A stretch of 64,000 nt of DNA from Anaerolineae bacterium. GTDB lineage: Bacteria > Chloroflexota > Anaerolineae > S140-20. The DNA lies in NCBI GenBank assembly GCA_027021705.1, contig JALUTT010000152.1:22109-86108 (forward strand), written 5' to 3'. A program made the translations under genes and the position numbers. Positions 19,386-26,354 of this stretch are shown in pieces. Under the pieces are notes generated by a model that saw only the letters and a list, made by a program, of their open reading frames with translations, made no database searches and was not told where the DNA came from. The first letter of the stretch is position 1. The number at the start of each line of letters is the position of its first letter.

Positions 19386-20708
19386 TCACGCATCCCTTTT
19401 CTCGTACCGCAACAGGTCCCGCCGGCCCCGCAGGTCGCGCACGCTGCGCAGCCCCAGCCGGCGCAGGATCCCCTGAAGCTGCTGTTGGAAGGACCGGTAG
19501 AGGTTGCCGATCCGCTCGGCAGCCCAGTCGGGGTCCACCAACTGGGAGAGCTCCGGGTCCGTCGTCGTCAGCCCGAAGGGGCAGCCCCGCCCTCGCTCGC
19601 AGTTGCTACAGCGGGTGCACCCCAGGGCGATCAGCTCGGTGGTTCCCAGGATGCAGCCGTCGGCCCCCAGGGCGATGGCCTTGGCGACGTCGTAGGCGGT
19701 GCGGATGCCGCCGCTGGCCATCACGACCACCTCGTCCCGGATGCCTTCCTGCTCCAGGAAGCGGTGCACCTTGGGGATGGCCAACTCGATGGGCATGGCG
19801 ATGTTCTTTTTGGCGATCTCCGGGGCCGCTCCCGTGCCGCCGTAGCTGCCGTCCAGGTGGATGATGTGGGCGCCGGCGTAGTAGCTCCCCACGGCGACCA
19901 TGTCCACGTCGGTGGGGGTGGAGACCTTGACGGAGACCAGGGCCTCCGGGTTCATCGTCTTCACCCAGTCAATGTGCTTCTTGTGGTCCTCCACCGAGTA
20001 GACGCTGTGGAAGGGGAAGGGGGAGAAGAGGCTGACCCAGGGAACGCTCTCCCGCATCTTGGCCACGGCGACGGTTGCCTTGTCGCCCAACAGGTGGCCA
20101 CCTAGGCCGGGCTTGGCCCCCTGGGCGTACTTGAACTCGACGATGGGGGCCCACTGGACCGTCTCCTCCCGCACGCCGAACATCCCGGTGGCGATCTGGG
20201 TGATGACGTGATCCCGGTAGGGGATCAGGGAGTCGGGATAGCCGCCCTCGCCCGTGCAGGTGAAGATCTGCCACTGCTGGGCGGCCTTGGCCCGGGCCAC
20301 CATCACCTGCTCGCTGATGGAGCCGAAGGACATTCCGGCTCCGTACCAGGGCACCGGGATCTCGATCCGGCGGTCATAGGGCCGGCGGTTCAGGGGGATG
20401 GAGGTGTCCACCGGCTCCTCCTCCGGCAGCCACTGCTCCGGGGGCAGGAATTTGAAGTCGAGGCGGTCGAAGCCGCCGCCGGAGCGCCCGACCCGGTACT
20501 CCAGCCCGTTGTCGGGAGGGCGGCCCGACTCGGCCTGCAGCCAGGTGGCCAGGATCAAGTCGGCCGTCCAGCGGGCATCGCCCAGGGCCGGCGGTCGGTC
20601 GAAGGCCAGCGTGGGCCAGAGGTGGAAGCCCCGTCGTAGCGCCTCCACGTGCTTCTCGATCACCAGTTCCTCAGCCGTCTTGCCGGTCAGGTCCATCTTA
20701 CGCTCCAT
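19386..20708 (-). CDS. FMN-binding glutamate synthase subunit with 3Fe-4S motif
   Basis: GMSFGSIS, TGEGG, QIATGMFGV, KYAQGAKPGLGGHL, DGSYGGTGAAP, SGGIR and CTRCSNCERGRGCP motifs. Confidence 0.9.
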   Translation of the reverse strand: MERKMDLTGKTAEELVIEKHVEALRRGFHLWPTLAFDRPPALGDARWTADLILATWLQAESGRPPDNGLEYRVGRSGGGFDRLDFKFLPPEQWLPEEEPVDTSIPLNRRPYDRRIEIPVPWYGAGMSFGSISEQVMVARAKAAQQWQIFTCTGEGGYPDSLIPYRDHVITQIATGMFGVREETVQWAPIVEFKYAQGAKPGLGGHLLGDKATVAVAKMRESVPWVSLFSPFPFHSVYSVEDHKKHIDWVKTMNPEALVSVKVSTPTDVDMVAVGSYYAGAHIIHLDGSYGGTGAAPEIAKKNIAMPIELAIPKVHRFLEQEGIRDEVVVMASGGIRTAYDVAKAIALGADGCILGTTELIALGCTRCSNCERGRGCPFGLTTTDPELSQLVDPDWAAERIGNLYRSFQQQLQGILRRLGLRSVRDLRGRRDLLRYEKRDA

Positions 20709-22104
20709 AGCCCTCAATCCCTGCAAAGGCTTCGCGCTCCAGGTCCTGCTGGAACATAGCGCGGCCCAGTTCACCGCGCAGCCGTCGCACCTCCCGCAGC
20801 CCCATCGCGCCCAGGATCTCCAGGAGTTGGTCGCGCCAGGAGGCGACCAGGTTCTTCAGCCGCTGCACCCCCCAGGTCCTCTCCAGCCGGGGGAAGGTGA
20901 CGCGGGCCGTCTCCCGGTCTACGCATTCCCCCTCGAAGCGGGCCTGGAGGGCTACCCAGAGGGCAGTGTCCAAGGCGACGGCGTCCAGCCCGCTGATGAT
21001 CGCCTTGGGGACGTGCTCCGCCATGACGATGCCGCCGCTGCCGATGAGCGTCACCTCCTCGCGCCGGCCCGCCTTCACCAGCCGCCAGTGGGTCTCCTGG
21101 ATCAGGTCCATAGCGAAGCGACCATCCACCTGTCCGTGGTAGTTGGCCTCCAGGTGGAAGAGGCGGACGCCTCGCTCCACCAGCGGCATCAAGTCGCTGC
21201 CCAGGGGTAGACGGACGGCGATGAGGCTGTCGGGGAAGCGCCGGCGCAGGGCCTGGTAGCGGGTCTCGTCCCATCCCTGCAGCATCAGCATCGGCGGCGG
21301 GTCGGAGAGCCTTTCCAACCTGTCCAACAGGGAATCGTCCCCTGGGCTGATCCAGGGGACGATGGAGGGGCCGCTCAGGGAGAGGCGGAGGGCCAAGTCC
21401 AGAGGGACGATGGCCAGCGTCTCGACTTGGCAGGCGGCTTCGGCGAGGATGGGGAGCAGTTGGGCCGCCGGAGCCGAGGCGGGTGGGGCGTCGAAGAGGA
21501 AGGGGACCTGAGTGGAGATGACGCGGGGCAGCGGGCCGGTCGGCTCCCCGCCGTTGTGGAACTCCAGGAAGGGGGGCTTCTCGCCCAGGTCCACCGCCGT
21601 GGAGATGTACTCCCGGCCGTGGATGCCGTCCCGCGTCGGGCGGACGATCTCCGACATATCGGTCCACATCCCGTCCCAGCCAGCGCCGCCGAAGGGACCC
21701 CGGTAGCCGGCGCCGCGCACGGGCACCCGCCCGGTGCGGGCCTCGTAGAGGATGGTGTCCACGTACTCGGGCTTGATGTAGGCGTCGCCCAGCCGCGCTT
21801 GGTCAGGGTGGGGGAGGATCTGGACCACCTCGGGGTGCTCGACGGTGCAGCGGAGGCAGCCTACGCAGAGTTCCTCGCGGGGGGCAAGCCCGCCCACGGG
21901 CCGGGAGTAGACGCCGTAGACGCAGGGTCGGCTCAGGGCCACGCGGAGGTTGCCCCGGTGAGCGAGGACCTCTTTGAGCGCCATCGCCAGGAGGCGGTGC
22001 TTCTTCACCCTTACCCGGAAGCGGGGCGGGTGGGGGACCAGGTCCGGCGTCAGCCGGGTCTCGATGTGGTAGCGGTGGTAGGCAGGCATCACAGTCGCAG
22101 TCAT
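20698..22104 (-). CDS. Divergent second glutamate synthase FMN-domain-like subunit with N-terminal Fe-S motif
   Basis: CVYGV..CVGCLRC, GAGYRGPF, IGSGGI, HVPKAII and EILGAMGLREVRRLRGE motifs; lacks GAKPG and the C-terminal Cys triad. Confidence 0.75.
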   Translation of the reverse strand: MTATVMPAYHRYHIETRLTPDLVPHPPRFRVRVKKHRLLAMALKEVLAHRGNLRVALSRPCVYGVYSRPVGGLAPREELCVGCLRCTVEHPEVVQILPHPDQARLGDAYIKPEYVDTILYEARTGRVPVRGAGYRGPFGGAGWDGMWTDMSEIVRPTRDGIHGREYISTAVDLGEKPPFLEFHNGGEPTGPLPRVISTQVPFLFDAPPASAPAAQLLPILAEAACQVETLAIVPLDLALRLSLSGPSIVPWISPGDDSLLDRLERLSDPPPMLMLQGWDETRYQALRRRFPDSLIAVRLPLGSDLMPLVERGVRLFHLEANYHGQVDGRFAMDLIQETHWRLVKAGRREEVTLIGSGGIVMAEHVPKAIISGLDAVALDTALWVALQARFEGECVDRETARVTFPRLERTWGVQRLKNLVASWRDQLLEILGAMGLREVRRLRGELGRAMFQQDLEREAFAGIEGYGA

Positions 22105-22216
22105 TGGCCTCTTCCTGTTCCCGGATGTTCCCCAAAGCAGCGGGCCAGGCCTCTACGCCTGGCCCTCCGGTGGCACGGAAGTAGGGGCAGCGGTGCAAGG
22201 GTTGGTTGATGGGGGA

Positions 22217-22245
22217 AATATAGACCTTTTTGCGCGGTTTGTCAA
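22217..22245 (-). promoter_or_regulatory. Sigma70-type promoter of the glutamate synthase-like operon
   Basis: TTGACA-17 nt-TATATT on the minus strand. Confidence 0.7.
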
Positions 22246-22258
22246 GCCTCTTGCGCCC

Positions 22259-22331
22259 GGTGATTACCCATATCTTGGAGATAGGGTGAGAAATTCGTGG
22301 ACGGCCTGCTACGGACCACTTTTCGCACTTT
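22259..22331. repeat. GGTGATT-ended MITE-like repeat, internally deleted copy
   Basis: GGTGATTACCCATATCTTGGAGATAG matches the reverse complement of about 32101-32127; it is followed by GTGAGAAATTCGTGGACGGCCTGCTACGGACCACT, shared with 53790-53823. Confidence 0.8.
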
Positions 22332-22402
22332 TTTCGATCCTACCCGTATGGTTTTGGCCGTTTCTGCGTTATAAAGGGTGAGAGAGAGGGGCAGGGAAGC
22401 CA

Positions 22403-22942
22403 ATGACGAACGAAGCCGCTTTGCTGGAACGAGCCAAAGCTTACGATCCCGAGGCCCTGGCGGAACTCTACGACCGCTACGCGCCCAGGATCTACGCCTA
22501 CATCTACCGGCGTCTGGGCGACGCTGCCCTGGCCGAGGACTTGACGGGCGAACTCTTCCTGCGGGTGTTGCGGGCCATTCGGAACGAGCAGACCTGGCGC
22601 GGCTCCTTCGTCGCTTGGCTTTACCGCATCGCTCACAACCTGGTGGTGGATCACCTTCGTCGGCAGCCGGCCCTGCCCCCTCTCTCCCTGAGCGACGCCT
22701 TGGTGGCTCCCGAAGGTGATCCCGCCACCGCCGTTGAAGCGATCCTGACCCAGGAGCGGCTTCGGACGGCCCTCAGCCTCCTCACGCCGGAGCAGCAGGA
22801 AGTCTTGGCCTTGCGCTTTGGCGAGGGGCTGACAGCCCGGGAGACCGCCCAGGTAATGCAGAAGACCACCGGGGCCGTCGAGGCCCTTCAGCGTCGCGCC
22901 CTGGCCTCGCTGCGACGCATCCTGGTGGGAGAGGAACGATGA
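22403..22942 (+). CDS. ECF sigma factor
   Basis: LYDRYAPRIYAYI, AEDLTGELF, WLYRIAHN and region-4 QQEVLALRF motifs. Confidence 0.93.
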   Translation: MTNEAALLERAKAYDPEALAELYDRYAPRIYAYIYRRLGDAALAEDLTGELFLRVLRAIRNEQTWRGSFVAWLYRIAHNLVVDHLRRQPALPPLSLSDALVAPEGDPATAVEAILTQERLRTALSLLTPEQQEVLALRFGEGLTARETAQVMQKTTGAVEALQRRALASLRRILVGEER

Positions 22943-24342
22943 CCTCAACGAACAACAGCCTGGAACGGGAACTGAAGCAGTTCTACGCACAGGTGCCCCC
23001 GCCGCCGGGAGGACTGGCCGCAGGCCGGGAGCGGCTCCTGGCAGAAGCAGCCCGCCTGAGGGCCCAGACTTCTGCCCTTTCTCTCCCCACTGCTCACACG
23101 ACCGAGACACAACGACCCCGAGGGAGGTATAGGATGAAACTCTTTCTGGCTTACAAGCTCATCGCCGCTGTGGTGGCGATCGTTATGGGAGTCACCGTGG
23201 TCGGCGGCGGAATCGCCTTCGCAGCCGCCGACAGCCTGCCGGGGGAACCCCTCTACCCGGTGAAACTGGCGGTAGAGGATCTCCGCCTGGCCCTGACAAC
23301 CGATCCGGCAGAACGGGCGGAGCTGATGATGGCCTTCGTCGCCGAGCGGGCTCAGGAGATGCAGCAACTGGTAGCTCAGGGACGGCCGGTGCCGGACGAA
23401 GTGGTTGTCCGGATGGCCAATCAGGCCGAAGAGGCGATGGCCCAGATCGCCAAAGCCCGGCCGGAGCAGGTCACTGCCCTGCTGGAGCAGATGGTCGAGC
23501 GAACGCGCACTCAGCAGCAGGTGCTGGAGCAGGTGCAGGCTATCGCTCCGGAAGAGGCCCAGCCGGCGCTGGACCATGCCCTGGAGGTGACGGAGCGGGC
23601 CTATCAGACCGCTACAACTGCCCTGACCGACCCTCAGCGCTTCCGGGAGACCCACCGTTACCGTGACGAGGGGACGCCGGGTCCTCGCGGGGATGAATCC
23701 CCTCTGCCGACCCCAGGGCTGCCCTGTGAAGAGTGTACACCGGAGCCGACGCGGGAGCGGGAGCACGAGGGAGGGCCTATGCCGATTACCTCTACGGTGA
23801 CGCCGGGTTATCCCTGCGAGGAGTGCACGCCGGAGCCGACGCGGGAGCGGGAGCACGAGAGGGAGCCTATGCCGATCACCTCTACGGTGACGCCGGGTTA
23901 TCCCTGCGAGGAGTGCACGCCGGAGCCGACGCGGGAGCGGGAGCACGAAGGAGGGCCTATGCCGATCACCTCTACGGTGACGCCGGGCTATCCCTGCGAG
24001 GAGTGCACGCCGGAGCCCACCCACGTGCCGAGCTATCCGTGCGAGGAGTGCACGCCGGAACCTACCCATACGCCGTATCCCACGCCTTATCCTACGGCTG
24101 AGCCGGAGCCTACCCATACACCCGATCATCCGTGTGAAGACTGCATGCCGGAGCCTACCAATACGCCCTATCCGACGGCTACCCCCATGCCTACGTCTAC
24201 GCCGTATCCTACGGCCACATCGGCGCCCGCTCACACGCCAGAACCGCCGTGTGAGGACTGCACACCGGAGCCCACCGACACACCCGAACCTGAGCACACA
24301 CCACAGCCAACGCATCCTCCGGGGCGCGATGATGGCCACTGA
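22939..24342 (+). CDS. Anti-sigma-like membrane protein with DUF5667-type domain and Cys-containing Pro/Thr/Glu repeats
   Basis: ATGA overlap with the sigma gene; a TM segment followed by SLPGEPLYPVK; seven PCE[ED]C motifs. Confidence 0.75.
   Translation: MTSTNNSLERELKQFYAQVPPPPGGLAAGRERLLAEAARLRAQTSALSLPTAHTTETQRPRGRYRMKLFLAYKLIAAVVAIVMGVTVVGGGIAFAAADSLPGEPLYPVKLAVEDLRLALTTDPAERAELMMAFVAERAQEMQQLVAQGRPVPDEVVVRMANQAEEAMAQIAKARPEQVTALLEQMVERTRTQQQVLEQVQAIAPEEAQPALDHALEVTERAYQTATTALTDPQRFRETHRYRDEGTPGPRGDESPLPTPGLPCEECTPEPTREREHEGGPMPITSTVTPGYPCEECTPEPTREREHEREPMPITSTVTPGYPCEECTPEPTREREHEGGPMPITSTVTPGYPCEECTPEPTHVPSYPCEECTPEPTHTPYPTPYPTAEPEPTHTPDHPCEDCMPEPTNTPYPTATPMPTSTPYPTATSAPAHTPEPPCEDCTPEPTDTPEPEHTPQPTHPPGRDDGH
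23722..24020 (+). repeat. Coding tandem repeat, 90-bp unit, about 3.3 copies
   Basis: CCCTG[TC]GA[AG]GAGTG starts at 23722, 23812, 23902 and 23992 (unit PCEECTPEPTREREHExxPMPITSTVTPGY). Confidence 0.92.
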
Positions 24343-24375
24343 GCTCCCATCCAGGTGTCCGGCGGCAGTTTTCCA

Positions 24376-24410
24376 GGCCCTCCTCCCCCTCCGGGGTAGG
24401 GGGGCCTTTT
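24376..24410 (+). terminator. Probable intrinsic terminator
   Basis: GC-rich imperfect hairpin (AGGCCCTCCT...AGGGGGGCCT) followed by T run after the DUF5667 gene. Confidence 0.55.
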
Positions 24411-24469
24411 CCGTTGTGGTATACCGTTGTGGTATAATCGTCGCTGGGAAAATCGTAAGGAGGTGGGTC

Positions 24470-24931
24470 GTGCGGTTGTGTGTTGTGGGAATCGGCAACC
24501 GATGGGCCTCTGATGACGGCGTTGGGCCGGAGGTGGTGCACCGGCTTCAGGCCGAGGTCCCGCCGGGCTGCCCCGTCACCTTCGCCACGCTCCCCCAGGC
24601 CGATCCGGCGCTGCTGGAGCTGATGGAGCGGTGCGACCGGTTGATCCTGGTGGATGCAGTGGTCAGCGGCGCGCCGCCGGGGACGGTGCATCGGGAGAGG
24701 TGGCGCCCCGGCCTCCTGGAGGAGCGGGGGGTAGAGCGGGCTTCCTCCCACGGCCTGGGCCTGCGAGAGGTGCTGGAACTGGCGGCCACGCTGGGGCGGC
24801 TGCCGGTCCAGGTGGAGCTGTGGGGGGTTGAGATCGTCTCTACGGCACCGGGGGAAGGGCTCTCGCCGGCCGTTGCCGCAGCCCTGCCCGCCATCGTTGC
24901 CCAACTCCGCCAGGAATTGGAAGAGGCGTGA
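24470..24931 (+). CDS. Hydrogenase maturation protease (HycI/HybD family)
   Basis: VVGIGNRWASDDGVG, LILVDAV..G..PGT and SSHGLGL motifs; GTG after AAGGAGG; TGGTATAAT upstream. Confidence 0.88.
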   Translation: MRLCVVGIGNRWASDDGVGPEVVHRLQAEVPPGCPVTFATLPQADPALLELMERCDRLILVDAVVSGAPPGTVHRERWRPGLLEERGVERASSHGLGLREVLELAATLGRLPVQVELWGVEIVSTAPGEGLSPAVAAALPAIVAQLRQELEEA

Positions 24932-24937
24932 TCGGGG

Positions 24938-26209
24938 TCATCCACCCCCAACCTGGAATTCCGGTGCCCACCGGCGGGGTGTGTCGTCCACGCCCTGCAG
25001 GATCGCGAAGGCGAGGAGGATCAGGACCAGCAGGGTGGCGACGGCGGCGGGCCGGCCCCACCCCATCGTGTCCACGATGAAACCCCACAGGAAGGGGCCG
25101 ACGATGCTGGCGAAACGGCCCACCATGCTGTAGAGGCCGTAGAACTCCCCCACGTAGCGGGGAGGCGACAGGCGCAGCATGTAGGGGCGGTCGGCCGCCC
25201 ACGTCCCACCCAGGGCAACCCCCGACGTGCAGGCGATGATCCAGAAGAGGAGCTGGGGCAGGTCCAGGAGGGAGACCAGCACCGCCCCGCCCAGCACCCC
25301 CATCCACATCCCCAGGACCAGGTTGAGGGAGCGTTTGGGGCCGATGCGGTCCACGACGACGCCCCAGACGAAGCCCCCCACCACGGCGAAGACGATGGCT
25401 GCCAGGATCATCACCTGGACCTGCTCCTCGGTGAAGTTGACCTCGTTGGTGGCGTAGATGCCCATGAAGACGATGAGGGTGTTGACGGGGTCGGTGTAGA
25501 AGATGCGTCCGATGAGGAAGCGCAGGAGGCCGGGGAACTGACGGGCGTGTTGCACCGTGCGCATCACCTGGGAGAGGGCTCCGGTGATGACCTGGGTGGT
25601 GATGGGGCGGGCTTCGCGGGGCCGCTCGCGCACGAAGAGGAAGCAGGGCAGGGCGAAGACGAGGAAGAGCAGAGCGCTGAGGCGGAAGAGCCCGACGTAG
25701 CCGATGCGGTCCAGCAAGAGCAGACCGCTGCCCACGCCGATGAAGCTCCCCATGTAGCCCAGGCCGATCCCCAGCCCACCGATCCGCCCCCGGTTCTCCT
25801 CGGTGCTGACCTCGGGGAGCAGGGCGTCGTAGAAGATCAGCCCGGCCTGGAACATGTAGTTGGCGACGACGAAGAAGAGCAGCGACAGGAGCAGGCCACC
25901 GGTGCCCAGCAGGGCGGTGAAGCCGATGCAGAGCAGGCTGGAGGCGATCAGGAAGGGCATGCGCCGCCCCGCCTGGTCCGACAACGCCCCCAGGATGGGC
26001 GCCGACAGGAACATCAGCAGCATCGAGAGGGCGTTGGCGTTGCCGTAATCGGCATCCGTCCCCCCCATCACGTTAACGACCCAGAGGGAGAAGTAGAGGG
26101 AGACGATGTTCATCGAGAAGATGGTGTTGGCCAGGTCGTAGAGCGCCCAGGAGAGGACGCTCAGGCGGGTGGGACGGTGGGGCGGGGCGGCGCGAACGGT
26201 TGGAGCCAT
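24938..26209 (-). CDS. MFS transporter (Atg22/UMF1-like)
   Basis: SWALYDLANTIF, PILGALSD, FYDALLP and GEFYGLY motifs. Confidence 0.85.
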   Translation of the reverse strand: MAPTVRAAPPHRPTRLSVLSWALYDLANTIFSMNIVSLYFSLWVVNVMGGTDADYGNANALSMLLMFLSAPILGALSDQAGRRMPFLIASSLLCIGFTALLGTGGLLLSLLFFVVANYMFQAGLIFYDALLPEVSTEENRGRIGGLGIGLGYMGSFIGVGSGLLLLDRIGYVGLFRLSALLFLVFALPCFLFVRERPREARPITTQVITGALSQVMRTVQHARQFPGLLRFLIGRIFYTDPVNTLIVFMGIYATNEVNFTEEQVQVMILAAIVFAVVGGFVWGVVVDRIGPKRSLNLVLGMWMGVLGGAVLVSLLDLPQLLFWIIACTSGVALGGTWAADRPYMLRLSPPRYVGEFYGLYSMVGRFASIVGPFLWGFIVDTMGWGRPAAVATLLVLILLAFAILQGVDDTPRRWAPEFQVGGG

Positions 26210-26237
26210 AGGACCTCCTGGGGAGACGGCGGGTCAC

Positions 26238-26354
26238 GGGCCGGTGTGGAAGCCGTCTGGGGCCGGCATGGGAACCGGCCCCATGGATGGTTGGTATGAG
26301 GCCCGGCCAGGCCGGTACGGACACCGACCTGGCCGGTGTGGGAACCAGCCCTAC
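26238..26354. repeat. Cluster of four GTAG-type REP-like palindromes
   Basis: Four variants of GGCCGGT/C-N6-ACCRGCC near 26238, 26260, 26310 and 26331; the last reads GTAGGGCTGGTTCCCACACCGGCC on the minus strand. Confidence 0.6.

Noticed and set aside
23722..24020. CRISPR array or ncRNA repeat
   Set aside because: The 90-bp period is in frame within a CDS, with no unique spacers.
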